From NCBI GenBank assembly GCA_903877385.1, contig CAIRDP010000061.1:44566-108565 (forward strand): a stretch of DNA of 64,000 nucleotides. The letters run 5' to 3'. The notes under the pieces were generated by a model, which worked only from the letters and a program-made list of their open reading frames with translations, was not told the DNA's origin and made no database searches. This stretch comes from an uncultured Bacteroidales bacterium. GTDB lineage: Bacteria; Bacteroidota; Bacteroidia; Bacteroidales; FEN-979. Position 1 is the stretch's first letter. Every line of letters begins with the position of its first letter. This document shows positions 9,344 through 19,505 of the stretch, piece by piece. Made by a program: the position numbers and the translations under genes.

Positions 9344-10294
9344 TTACCAGTCCCCCATACCCGACAAGGGTTTTTGCGGAAGGTTGGCTACATCGAAGTG
9401 CAGGAAAGCGATAAGCGACTGGAATCCCAGTATTACCGGGAGGCCGGCGAGGATTACAGTACCTGCAGTTGCAGGATGGGAAGTGATGATACTTTCAGAC
9501 CATTTCCAGGCTCCGAAAAGGACGCCGAAAAGAATAAACACAAAGGCGAGTACCAGCTCCAGGGAACCTATATTGAAGTCGCGGAGATAATAATTGTAAA
9601 ATATCCTTTTGAGCATCCGGCTTAGATATTTAAACGGGAACTGGAATGCAACCCTGCGGATCTTCAGGTTGCTTTTTTCATCCCCGTACACAGCCTGCAT
9701 CGGCATCTCGGCTACAACGGCACGGATGGTGTTCAGGCGGAACAGCAAATCGCTCTCGAAAAAGAAACGTTTGTCAATCCTGTCGAGAGGCAGGCTGTCC
9801 AGAGCTTTACGGTGGATAGCCGTGAAGCCGTTGCTGGGATCCATGATGTTCCAGTAGCCGCTGGCCGCCTTACTCATGAACGAGACTCCCGAGTTTCCCA
9901 GCTTGCGCAAAAAAGGCATCTGCCTCAGGAATTCCAGGTCATAAAAACGGTTCCCCTTTACATAATCAGCCTGTGCAGTGCGGATCGGTTCTATGAGCTT
10001 AGGGATAAGTGCCGCATCCATCTGCCCGTCACCGTCGAGCTTCACAATAATATCGGCATGGTCGGCAAGAGCCTGCTTGTAGCCCGTGATTGTAGCCCCG
10101 CCCACGCCCTGGTTTTTCTGGTGACTGATCACTTTAACCCTGGCATCAGAGCAGTTCGATTTCACAAATTCCCCCGAATGCTCGGGGCATTGATCATCCA
10201 CCACGTAGATATGGTCAACTTCGGGGCCAATGCCCGAGATGACCTTCAAAATATGGTCCTTTACCTTATAACTGGGAATAACGACTGCTACCAT
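9344..10294 (-). CDS. Glycosyltransferase family 2 with C-terminal TM helices (polyprenyl-phosphate sugar transferase-like, ArnC/GtrB-like)
   Basis: N-terminus VAVVIPSYKVKDHI, then YVVDDQCPEHSG, NQGVGGA and the LDGDGQMD acidic motif. Two hydrophobic helices near the C-terminus. Confidence 0.8.
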   Translation of the reverse strand: MVAVVIPSYKVKDHILKVISGIGPEVDHIYVVDDQCPEHSGEFVKSNCSDARVKVISHQKNQGVGGATITGYKQALADHADIIVKLDGDGQMDAALIPKLIEPIRTAQADYVKGNRFYDLEFLRQMPFLRKLGNSGVSFMSKAASGYWNIMDPSNGFTAIHRKALDSLPLDRIDKRFFFESDLLFRLNTIRAVVAEMPMQAVYGDEKSNLKIRRVAFQFPFKYLSRMLKRIFYNYYLRDFNIGSLELVLAFVFILFGVLFGAWKWSESIITSHPATAGTVILAGLPVILGFQSLIAFLHFDVANLPQKPLSGMGDW

Positions 10295-10308
10295 GCTTTG
10301 TCCTTTCT

Positions 10309-12267
10309 TTACCTTGAATCCTTGCCCATTGCCAAAATATCTACTATAAGGTCATCAATGATAAGATCTGTTTTCCCCCTATGCCATACATAAACTTTAA
10401 TCACGTCTTCAGGTGACTGGATTGCGGGCAGGTCGGCATTAAGGAAAGCCTGGTTCCATTTCCCTTTGGAGAAATTTGAATTCTCCATGAAGAAGGCCTT
10501 GTAGGCATAAGCTCCTTTTTTATTCTCAAGCGAGATCACCAGGGAAGCAGGATTGTCGGCAAAAGTTGCTTCGGAATAAACCCTGACCCTTGCTTTAACC
10601 CTGATCTTTTCGTAGCTGCCCGGCAGGTCACTGCAGTGGAACAGGAATCCCGGGCTGTAATCTGTTCGCTTGTCCATAAGGAATGCCTGTTTCCCTGAAG
10701 CCGCATTAGTGTTGATGATACGGGAATCGACATCCGGCGAAGCCTTTTCAAAATCAAATACCTGGCGGATCACAGGGCTGTAATCCCTGTCTTCCTGGTC
10801 GATAAATGCCTGCGTAAGGAAATAATTGTCGAATTCATTGGCTACCGGGTTCTTCCTGAAAACATAAACCTCGTAAGGGATATCGCCAAAGGTAAGGACG
10901 TTTTTTTTAGGCCTGAACAGCTTGATCAGCCTCATATACGGGTCCTGCATCACGGTGTCGAGGGGTATCTGACATTCATGCGGGCCAAAATGAGAGTCCC
11001 AGATATAGATGGATCCCATGGGGATGTTTTTAACCGTTTCGGCTTTCCATAACTGTATGCTTTTGTCTGAACTGTAGGGATCGGTATCAAGGAAATAAGG
11101 GACGTTGAAATCGTTGTAACAAACCACAGGTACAGGCTTAAAGTTCGATTTAACCCATTCCGAGGCATTTTTTATCTGCTTTTCCTCCTCACCCAGGGGG
11201 AAGGGGAATTTATACAGCTTGAAGTTGAAATAGATAATGGAGGCCACGAGGAGTAAGGTAAATGCCGAACGCAGCCATTTACGGTTCCCGGCAAGCATGG
11301 TAAAAAGCGAAAAGCCGTACAAGGTGACCATGGAAACAACGGGAATGATGGCGGCCATTACCCTGATAAACCCAAGGGAGCCGGCCCAACCCTTGGAGTA
11401 CATATAAGAATGGAACAGGTAGTACCCGAGAACGGGCAGCAGGAACATCAGGAGGATCTCTGCAGACTGTATGCGTTTTTCACGGTTCCCGCCAAGCAGG
11501 CTCAGCAGCAGCATGATGATGCCCAGGCAAAGCAGGATTAGGTTGGGGGCTCCGAAAGTGATATCGGTTTGCCTGATAAAGGTCCAGAAATCTCCCGGGG
11601 TATGATAAACCGGGTGGATGAGGGGGTAAGGATTGTTGCGGATGACCCAGAGCAGGTCTTTGAACTGGTATGCCCCTATGACTGAAAAGAAAAGGAACCC
11701 GGCTCCCAGGAAAGGGATGGCTTTCCACTGCTTTCTCAAAACCAGGCCCAGGAACAGTATGGGTATAATGAAATACCCTTCGGAGCGTGCAAAGGGCAAA
11801 AATGAAATTACTATGGCTGCCGCAATATAACGCCTTGAAAAAAACAGGTAAAGCGATAAGATGAACACGAAACTGAACACGATCTCGGTCAGGGCGGTGA
11901 ACATCATCACCATATACAGGGGTGAGAAGCAAACTATGATGACGGCCATCCACGATGAGCTTACTTTCAGTTCCCTTGCGGTTTTCATCAGCAGCCAGGC
12001 GCTGAGGAAGCCGAGAATGACGTTGAATACTTTGATCCCCCTGAAGCCAAACTGGGCAAAAGGCGAAGCAAGGATAGTGTAAAGCGGCCTGCCCCAGGGA
12101 TTGAGGAAAAGTTTGGGATAGGTAAAAGAATACCTCGAAAGGAAATAATGGTTGATGTTGTCGGCGCCCCCGTAATACCCTTGTGAGAGAAACGACAGCA
12201 CTATCAATAAAATGAATACTGCTGCCAAAAGGAGATATTCCGGGTTTTTTGAAAAAACGGATTTCAT
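10309..12267 (-). CDS. Polytopic membrane protein, GT-C/ArnT-PMT-like glycosyltransferase candidate with C-terminal CBM-like beta-sandwich domain
   Basis: 652 aa. About 11 predicted TM helices in the first ~380 aa, followed by a soluble domain ending KGKWNQAF...IKVYVWHRGKTDLIIDDLIVD. Lies 14 nt upstream (on the - strand) of the GT2 gene. Confidence 0.6.
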   Translation of the reverse strand: MKSVFSKNPEYLLLAAVFILLIVLSFLSQGYYGGADNINHYFLSRYSFTYPKLFLNPWGRPLYTILASPFAQFGFRGIKVFNVILGFLSAWLLMKTARELKVSSSWMAVIIVCFSPLYMVMMFTALTEIVFSFVFILSLYLFFSRRYIAAAIVISFLPFARSEGYFIIPILFLGLVLRKQWKAIPFLGAGFLFFSVIGAYQFKDLLWVIRNNPYPLIHPVYHTPGDFWTFIRQTDITFGAPNLILLCLGIIMLLLSLLGGNREKRIQSAEILLMFLLPVLGYYLFHSYMYSKGWAGSLGFIRVMAAIIPVVSMVTLYGFSLFTMLAGNRKWLRSAFTLLLVASIIYFNFKLYKFPFPLGEEEKQIKNASEWVKSNFKPVPVVCYNDFNVPYFLDTDPYSSDKSIQLWKAETVKNIPMGSIYIWDSHFGPHECQIPLDTVMQDPYMRLIKLFRPKKNVLTFGDIPYEVYVFRKNPVANEFDNYFLTQAFIDQEDRDYSPVIRQVFDFEKASPDVDSRIINTNAASGKQAFLMDKRTDYSPGFLFHCSDLPGSYEKIRVKARVRVYSEATFADNPASLVISLENKKGAYAYKAFFMENSNFSKGKWNQAFLNADLPAIQSPEDVIKVYVWHRGKTDLIIDDLIVDILAMGKDSR

Positions 12268-12368
12268 GCAGTAGCGCTTATTTAAAATTTGAACATGTAA
12301 ATTTACTGAACATCTTCAAACTGATGAAGAAAAACTTTAAGTTTGTTGACTGAAAAGCCGCAGCAGTA

Positions 12369-14225
12369 ATGAAAAGGAATGGAAAACTTTATAGGAATAT
12401 CTTCATACTAATCCTGTTCCTGCTGGTAATTTTCGCTCTTGCTTCCAGGTACTTCCCGTTTTCGAAGATACTCAGGGTAAGGGGCGGCAGGGAAATTGCG
12501 CTGAATGAGGCTTTAAAAACGGGGTCTGAACCTCCCAACAGCATAGCGTTTAATTTTGAGATCGGCCCGGGCAAGGAAGTTCCCAACGGTATCGTCATGG
12601 GGAATGCCCATTCGGGGAAATATGCAGCCAAAGCCTATGGAAAGAATTCATTCACTCCTGCCCTGGAAAAACCGGCCGGCGAGCTGGGGATTGACAGGCT
12701 GAGGTATGTTTCGGTCTCGGCCTGGGTGTTTGTAAAACCCTCAGGGGAACCTGTGAATGCAGCCCTGGTTTTGGCGGCTTCAAACAATGTGGGGGTCAAC
12801 ATTTGCTGGAAAGGAATAGGGCTTAAAGATCCCGGGGTGCCCAGGGGACAGTGGTTCAAAATGAGCGGACAGTTCGACCTCGGCGAAGTAAAATTCACTG
12901 CCGACACCAGGCTGCAGATGTATTTCTGGAACAACAGCAGCAACGACATTCTTATCGACGATTATTACCTAGTTTACGGGGGGCCTGCTCCCCGCCATGG
13001 CGATACCACTTATGTCGACCTTACAAAAGGCCCTTTCCAGGCTAAATTCAATTACCCTCCTTTTCCTGTAAAGTGTATGCGGATGGCCGTAATCGGCGGC
13101 CCAAGGGGAGGCAGCCTCATTGCCGGAGGGGAAACACAGCAGGGGATGATCCTGCCTAAGGATCCCATGATCAGCGGGGTATTCCTGACGGGAAACGCAG
13201 GGAAGGACGTACTGTTCGTGATCCCCTCTTCAGGAAAGCCATCGGTTTACAGCTATTGCAACGAATCCAACTCATTTTCCAGGTCCGGTGTTGAACTGCC
13301 CCTGGCTTTGCCGGCCCCGGCTGCCGGGAAACAATACCTGCTCAGGGGAAAATTCATAAGCGGTGAAACTGAACAGCTGCTTTACATGAGCGAAAAATCA
13401 TGCAGCCTGTTTAAATTCAGCGGCAAGGGTGGAGCCTGCAGCGGGGGGAACAGCCTTGGGGCCGAAGTCTTATGGCAGTCGGAGAAATTCGAAAACCTGG
13501 TTTTTGATAGTGAAAAGCCATTGCTGGCTGCAGATTTTGACGGTGACGGGATCACTGAACTGTTATCGTTAAACGGGAACGGGGACTGGAAACTGTACCG
13601 GTTCCAGGCCGGGAAACCGGCAGCTCCCTGGGCCCTGGTCGCAGAATCCAAAGAAACTACCGAAGACTGGAAGCTTTTGGGCAACCAGGTAAATTTAACT
13701 GCCGGGCATTTTATACCGGGCAGGGCCCAGGCTGAAGTCCTCACTGTTCGTGGTAACAGCAGGGAACGTAAATGTTCATACACCCTCAGGATGTACAACC
13801 CGTCGCTGAAGCGATTCGTGGCCTGCTTCCCCGGGAAATACGGCCCGGGTGGAAAAATCACCGGCATTGACAGCCTTAAGCCTGCCGACCGGTTTTTCTG
13901 CGGGAATTTCGGCCCGAACGGAACACCCATGGTGATGAGGTATAACCGTGACTGGAGATACGACCTTAAGGAGATCAGCTTCAGCGATTCCACGTACCAG
14001 GTGCTCAATAACATCGATTTTGAAGGATACCCCGCCGACCATAATCCGAAGTATTATGAAGTCCTTAAACTGGTCCCCGGCCGGTATACAGGCAGCCAGT
14101 GTTCCTTTATCGTGATCGGGCGCAACTGCAGGAACAAGGAGCAGGGGGGGGAGGATTGCAGTGAGTACGAAGAACTTCCAGGTTTGCCCGGTTTTATTTC
14201 CCTTTATTCTTTTGTAGGCAGATGA
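12369..14225 (+). CDS. Membrane-anchored hypothetical protein with CBM-like domain and FG-GAP/VCBS-like repeat
   Basis: N-terminal TM (IFILILFLLVIFALA). CBM-like end motif RGQWFKMSG...LQMYFWNNSSNDILIDDYYLVYGG. FG-GAP-like segment AADFDGDGITELLSLNGNGDW. Confidence 0.55.
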   Translation: MKRNGKLYRNIFILILFLLVIFALASRYFPFSKILRVRGGREIALNEALKTGSEPPNSIAFNFEIGPGKEVPNGIVMGNAHSGKYAAKAYGKNSFTPALEKPAGELGIDRLRYVSVSAWVFVKPSGEPVNAALVLAASNNVGVNICWKGIGLKDPGVPRGQWFKMSGQFDLGEVKFTADTRLQMYFWNNSSNDILIDDYYLVYGGPAPRHGDTTYVDLTKGPFQAKFNYPPFPVKCMRMAVIGGPRGGSLIAGGETQQGMILPKDPMISGVFLTGNAGKDVLFVIPSSGKPSVYSYCNESNSFSRSGVELPLALPAPAAGKQYLLRGKFISGETEQLLYMSEKSCSLFKFSGKGGACSGGNSLGAEVLWQSEKFENLVFDSEKPLLAADFDGDGITELLSLNGNGDWKLYRFQAGKPAAPWALVAESKETTEDWKLLGNQVNLTAGHFIPGRAQAEVLTVRGNSRERKCSYTLRMYNPSLKRFVACFPGKYGPGGKITGIDSLKPADRFFCGNFGPNGTPMVMRYNRDWRYDLKEISFSDSTYQVLNNIDFEGYPADHNPKYYEVLKLVPGRYTGSQCSFIVIGRNCRNKEQGGEDCSEYEELPGLPGFISLYSFVGR

Positions 14226-16156
14226 TAAAAACACTCAACATATCCTATTTGCTTTTTTCAGGCTGTATGGCTTGCCTTGTCTTAACCTCAGCCTGTAAAC
14301 GCGGGGCTAAGACATCCGAAGTCAAAACAGAAAACTTTATTGTACGTGATTTCAACCCCTCGGTAAACTGGGACATGAAACAGGTACTGAACCTGGATTA
14401 TGAAGGGGCGATGCAGAACGGGTTTGTGATCCCCACCGTAAGGCAGACCAAAGACGGTTTTTTTGACCTGGAGTTCAGCATTAAAAACACTTCTGTTTCT
14501 CCTCAGAAGTTCGCATACAAGATCTATTACCAGAATGAATCGTACAAGTTCCCCGAAGCTGATCCTGCCGACAGTACCCGGCAAAGTGAAAATGCCGGGG
14601 AGAATTTTTACGGGAGCTGGGAGGATACCATCAGTGGGTTCAGGGAAACCGAAGCCATCGCCCCCGACAACAGCTTTCACAAGGTAACAAGCCAGGTGAG
14701 GATAGTGGGAAACCCGCGCACCGAGAAGAATTATTTTAACGGTCCATGGAACGACCGCTGGAAGAGGAACCCAAGGGTGGGAGAATACAGCTTCATGCTG
14801 GTTGTGACGACCCCTTCGACCCTAAGCCGGAACCTGGTCCCCGGTTTTGTGCAATATATAAACCGGAGAAACAATGGGGAATTTGTAAACCCGTATTTCT
14901 TTTTCCTGTATGGAGTGGGGAAACATCTTTCGAACACCCTGGTTAGCATTGCCTCCGGCCGGCTTAAGGTGATGGCAAGTCCTGATCCCGGCAGCGGCAT
15001 TTACATCCATCCTGTCCATTTCAAAAAGGAATTCGTTGATAAATATGCCACGGCTTGCTGCGGGCAGGATGATAAAATGTTTCAAAAAGCGGCATTCAGC
15101 CAGTTCATCCATTTCATCGATGCCACGACCAAGCTTAAAAACATCCCCGTGATTGAGGATGTGCTTGGCGATAATTATTCGAAGATGGACTACAACTGGA
15201 ACAGCAGGTTTTACAGTAAGGAAGAGCTCATAGCCGTTACCTCGCATACTGCCACGGAACCTTGCCAGACGGTGGTTTCGGATCCCGTGAACAGGAAGAT
15301 CACCATGTTCAACCCCAAAGCGGTATTCGGCAAATGGCAGAAAGAGAACGTAGGCGTTATCACGAGGCATCCTTTTACCTATGGCAAATGGACGGTGAAA
15401 GCAAAGCTTACCGAGCTTTTAAATAAGAACAATATGTGGAACGGCCTCACGAATGCGATCTGGCTGATCACCCAGGACCAGGCCGAATGGAACTTCCGCC
15501 GCGAATGCAAAAAAGGCGGGTATATGGCGAATTATTACGGGGGACAGCAGGATGTAAGGGTGAAGAATGTGGGGTATTCTGAAATCGATTTCGAGATCCT
15601 TAAAACGGTGCCTTACTGTCCTTCGTGGCTGCTGCCGCCTGCATACAATAACGGGCAGGACAGGCAATATGACGTCCCCGCATGGAATGTGCCTTTCCCT
15701 GAAGAGATCCTGGCCGATGATGATAAGATAACCGTAGCCTGCACGAACTGGGATATGGCTTGCTGGGATCCTGTGAAATTCAGGGATGGTTGCCAGACCA
15801 TAGATTACAAAGGGCAGACCTTCTGGGCGCACCGATGGGACAAGAACTACAGGGCCATCACCGAGAAAACGCCCGAGCCTGATGACGAACTCTTCGGTTC
15901 TCCCTATTATTATTTCCAGATCGACTGGAGGCCGACCGAGATCATCTGGAGGATAGGACCCTCGAAAGACAAGTTACGCGTTGTGGGTTATGTAAACAGC
16001 AGCATGACCTGCATCCCCAATAATTCCATGCTGCTGATAATCACCCAGGAATTTCACAACACCAGGTGGTGGGTAGGTTCCCAGTACCTGCAGGAGAATA
16101 TTCCTTTTCCCGGTAAGAATATTGTGGGGGAGATCTACGAGGTGACGATAGAATAA
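14222..16156 (+). CDS. Lipoprotein with C-terminal glycoside hydrolase family 16-like (beta-glucanase fold) domain
   Basis: Lipobox LTSAC. GH16-type motifs: FTYGKWTVKAKL, NAIWLI, catalytic-type E-I-D-F-E (GYSEIDFEILK), YYYFQIDWRPTEIIWRIGP. The ATGA start overlaps the stop of the upstream gene. Confidence 0.7.
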   Translation: MIKTLNISYLLFSGCMACLVLTSACKRGAKTSEVKTENFIVRDFNPSVNWDMKQVLNLDYEGAMQNGFVIPTVRQTKDGFFDLEFSIKNTSVSPQKFAYKIYYQNESYKFPEADPADSTRQSENAGENFYGSWEDTISGFRETEAIAPDNSFHKVTSQVRIVGNPRTEKNYFNGPWNDRWKRNPRVGEYSFMLVVTTPSTLSRNLVPGFVQYINRRNNGEFVNPYFFFLYGVGKHLSNTLVSIASGRLKVMASPDPGSGIYIHPVHFKKEFVDKYATACCGQDDKMFQKAAFSQFIHFIDATTKLKNIPVIEDVLGDNYSKMDYNWNSRFYSKEELIAVTSHTATEPCQTVVSDPVNRKITMFNPKAVFGKWQKENVGVITRHPFTYGKWTVKAKLTELLNKNNMWNGLTNAIWLITQDQAEWNFRRECKKGGYMANYYGGQQDVRVKNVGYSEIDFEILKTVPYCPSWLLPPAYNNGQDRQYDVPAWNVPFPEEILADDDKITVACTNWDMACWDPVKFRDGCQTIDYKGQTFWAHRWDKNYRAITEKTPEPDDELFGSPYYYFQIDWRPTEIIWRIGPSKDKLRVVGYVNSSMTCIPNNSMLLIITQEFHNTRWWVGSQYLQENIPFPGKNIVGEIYEVTIE

Positions 16157-16168
16157 TGATTCGGATCT

Positions 16169-18571
16169 ATGAAGAGGCTGCTTAACGATTACTTTAAGGT
16201 AAATATTGCGTTTCTCCCTGTGCTGTTGTTCATCAGGGCGTATGAATTATTTATTTTCTATTCCCAGCACTCGGTCCCAGCCGGTATCTGGAGGATTGAA
16301 CTGCAGGGATACCTGCTCGACAACCTGGTTTTCCTTTCCTTTTCACTTGTTGTTTTCGTGCTGTTTGCCCTGCTCTGGAAAATACAGAGGAAGCCTGCCT
16401 TGATACTGGGGTTTGTCATGTTTTTCCTGTACATGGCCCTTGCATATTCCCTTTCGGTTTATTTTACGATCACCACGGTCCCCCTCGACCAGGTGCTGTT
16501 TTTCTATACCCGGCATGAGATAATCCAGATTGTTCTGAGCACCCTGAGGTTTGAATTGACCGGCTTTCTCGTGCTTCTTGCCCTTATAGCAATCCCTTTC
16601 GGAATTTACTACCTGCTTAAAAATTTTCGGTTCAGTTGGGCTGTCATAATCCCGATCAGCGCTCTTTTCCTGGCCTCCCCTTTGATAGTTTATTTACTCA
16701 CGCCTTCCCAGGCCGGCTACAGGGATGATTTTTCGTATTATGTGATCTCGAATAAACCGGAATATGCACTGGTAAAACTGTGGAAGTATAAAACGGGGAT
16801 GAATACCGGGGGCAGGACTGCATCGGACCGAATACAGGATGTGAAATTGTTCCATTCCCTGGAGCCCGACTTTGCTTACCTCGATAACGATCATCCTTTG
16901 CTGCGTGTTGATAAAACCCCTGATGCCCTGGGACGGTATTTTGATTTCGGAAAGGAAAAGCCAAACATCGTATTCCTGATCATTGAATCGCTCTCCCCTT
17001 CATTCTGCAGCGAAAGACCTTTTTACGGAAGTTTTACGCCCTTCCTCGACTCTCTGAGGGGGAAAAGCCTGTACTGGCAGAATTGTTACTCCACTTCTGA
17101 ACGCACCTTTAATGTGTTGTCGGGGGTATTTGCTTCGGCCCCTTACAGTAATGGCATCTTCTTTGAAAACGGTGACAGGATGCCGAGGTATTTTTCGCTG
17201 ATCAGGTACCTGAAAGAAAGTGGGTATTACACAAGTTTCATGTATGGGGGCGATCCAACGTTCTCTTCCTATTCAAAATTCGTAAAGCACCAGGGGATAG
17301 ACTATTTACTGAATTTTTACGGGAATAAATACAATAAGAATGACCAGGCCAGGGACAACCTCTGGGTATGGGGATTCCCCGACGGGGATATGTTTCAGCG
17401 TTCCCTCGATGTGATTGATTCGATGAACCGTAAACCCCGCCTTGATATTTATCTTACCCTTTCAATGCATTTGCCTTTCTCGCCCCCTCAGCAGGAAGTT
17501 TACCTCAAACGGCTTCAGCAAAGGGTAAAAGAACTGGGCTTGAACAGCATACAGCAAGAGATGGTTATAAAGCAGAGAAAGATATTTTCAACTATTCTGT
17601 ATACCGACAATTGCCTCAGGCAGTTCTTTAAGCGTTACAGCAAAAGGCCGGATTTTAAAAACACGATTTTTATTATCACGGGTGACCATTCGATGCCCGA
17701 GATTTATGCCACCAACCGCAGCCCCATTGAAAAATATCATGTCCCCCTCATCATCTATTCGCCCATGCTGAACCAGGCTGCCCAGTTTCAGTCGGTATCC
17801 ACCCACCTCGACATTACTCCATCCCTGCTAGCCATGCTGAAAAACCGGTTTGGGATTCAATTGCGCCCGGTATGCCACTGGCTAGGCAAAGGGCTTGATG
17901 TTTCTTCATCCTACGGATCCCGCTCGTATATCTCATTTATTTTCAATAACCGTAGCCAGGGCGAATTTTTGCACGGGAATGATTTTATCTCAAACAGACG
18001 ACTTTTCAGGCTTCTTCCGGGCTCGAAGCTGCTTCCGGTGGAAAACGCAGCTGTAATGAACAGGCTGGAACAGGAGCAAAAGGCTTACCTCAGGGTGACC
18101 GACAGTATTATAAAACCTAATTCTGTTGTGCCTGATGAGCTGTATTTCAACGGCAACTACCAGGTAATACCCTATACTTCGGGCAAACCTTTTAAATATC
18201 ATAATTTCAGGGATAACGAATCGTTTATCAGCCTGATGCCCAGGCATGACATAAAACGGGAGCTTCTTTTCTTAAGGATCAGGCTTTCGCTGAAGATTAA
18301 ACCCGAAAACGGTGATACTTCAAGCATTCCGAAAGTAACGGTGGAGGTGGCGGATCCCAAAGTGCCTGATAATTTTCTCTATTACGCATACAAGCTCAAG
18401 CCATCAAGGAAGGGCGAAAAAGACACTTACGAGCTGGATGCATTTTCCGACCTGAGCTCCCTCCCGCAGCTCAGCAGGACAAAACTCAATATTTATTTCT
18501 GGAATTTAAAGAATCAATGGTTTATACTGGATGACCTGAAGATGAATTGCGAAGCATACACACTATACTAA
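16169..18571 (+). CDS. LTA-synthase/OpgB-like sulfatase-superfamily transferase (N-terminal TM domain + alkaline-phosphatase-like domain + C-terminal CBM-like domain)
   Basis: 800 aa. About 5 N-terminal TM helices. Motifs NIVFLIIESLSPSF and IFIITGDHSMPE. C-terminal tail LNIYFWNLKNQWFILDDLKMN. Confidence 0.75.
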   Translation: MKRLLNDYFKVNIAFLPVLLFIRAYELFIFYSQHSVPAGIWRIELQGYLLDNLVFLSFSLVVFVLFALLWKIQRKPALILGFVMFFLYMALAYSLSVYFTITTVPLDQVLFFYTRHEIIQIVLSTLRFELTGFLVLLALIAIPFGIYYLLKNFRFSWAVIIPISALFLASPLIVYLLTPSQAGYRDDFSYYVISNKPEYALVKLWKYKTGMNTGGRTASDRIQDVKLFHSLEPDFAYLDNDHPLLRVDKTPDALGRYFDFGKEKPNIVFLIIESLSPSFCSERPFYGSFTPFLDSLRGKSLYWQNCYSTSERTFNVLSGVFASAPYSNGIFFENGDRMPRYFSLIRYLKESGYYTSFMYGGDPTFSSYSKFVKHQGIDYLLNFYGNKYNKNDQARDNLWVWGFPDGDMFQRSLDVIDSMNRKPRLDIYLTLSMHLPFSPPQQEVYLKRLQQRVKELGLNSIQQEMVIKQRKIFSTILYTDNCLRQFFKRYSKRPDFKNTIFIITGDHSMPEIYATNRSPIEKYHVPLIIYSPMLNQAAQFQSVSTHLDITPSLLAMLKNRFGIQLRPVCHWLGKGLDVSSSYGSRSYISFIFNNRSQGEFLHGNDFISNRRLFRLLPGSKLLPVENAAVMNRLEQEQKAYLRVTDSIIKPNSVVPDELYFNGNYQVIPYTSGKPFKYHNFRDNESFISLMPRHDIKRELLFLRIRLSLKIKPENGDTSSIPKVTVEVADPKVPDNFLYYAYKLKPSRKGEKDTYELDAFSDLSSLPQLSRTKLNIYFWNLKNQWFILDDLKMNCEAYTLY

Positions 18572-18628
18572 AGAACAGGCAATTCCGCTGCTTCACCGGC
18601 AATTGTTTATGGCAGGAAAAAAAACATT

Positions 18629-19351
18629 ATGGATATAACGAAATTATCAATTATCATCCCTTCCTACAATGAAGGCCAAACTATACACCTGATACTCGAC
18701 AGGATAAAGAATGTAAAGCTGATCCACGATATTGCCAAAGAAGTAATTATTGTAAATGATTGCTCCACCGACGATACCGGGCAGCGTATCGAAGACTATA
18801 TTTCGGGGAACCCCGCACTTGAGATCCATTACTGCAAACATGAGGTGAACAAAGGAAAAGGAGCTGCGATTCGTACGGGTATCAGCAGGGCCACGGGTGA
18901 GTACCTGATCATACAGGATGCCGACCTGGAGTATGACCCTTCGGAGTACAACTACCTTTTAAAGCCGGTGGCTGATGGGTTTGCCGACGTGGTTTACGGC
19001 TCAAGGTTCATTGGAGGGAACCCTCACAGGGTTTTGTTTTTCTGGCATACCATGGGGAATAATTTTCTTACTTTCTTCTCCAATATGTGTACAAACCTGA
19101 ACCTTACCGACATGGAAGCCTGTTACAAATTATTCAATACTAAAATAATACAGACTGTTAAGTTGAAGGAAAACCGTTTTGGTTTTGAGCCTGAAGTAAC
19201 CGCCAAGATTTCACGGGTGCCGGGCATAAGGTTGTACGAGGTGGGTATCTCATATTACGGCAGGAGGTACGAAGAAGGTAAAAAGATAGGATGGAAAGAC
19301 GGGGTACGTGCTATATTTTGCATCCTGAAATATGGCTTATTAAGATTCTGA
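18629..19351 (+). CDS. Glycosyltransferase family 2 (soluble, DPM1-like)
   Basis: LSIIIPSYNEGQTI, IIVNDCSTDDT, NKGKGAA, IIQDADLEYDP (DxD-type motif). Confidence 0.85.
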   Translation: MDITKLSIIIPSYNEGQTIHLILDRIKNVKLIHDIAKEVIIVNDCSTDDTGQRIEDYISGNPALEIHYCKHEVNKGKGAAIRTGISRATGEYLIIQDADLEYDPSEYNYLLKPVADGFADVVYGSRFIGGNPHRVLFFWHTMGNNFLTFFSNMCTNLNLTDMEACYKLFNTKIIQTVKLKENRFGFEPEVTAKISRVPGIRLYEVGISYYGRRYEEGKKIGWKDGVRAIFCILKYGLLRF

Positions 19352-19505
19352 TCTCATTCAGGCTTGGTCCCGCTCTGCTTGCGGTGGGCTTATTTATTTT
19401 GTATTTTTATAAAAAAATTAATAGTATGAACCCCGGGGCAAGCCCCGGCTCCCGTTACTGCAACAATTTACAGGTAATTTGCCGGGAGAGGTAAAAGTGA
19501 AAACT

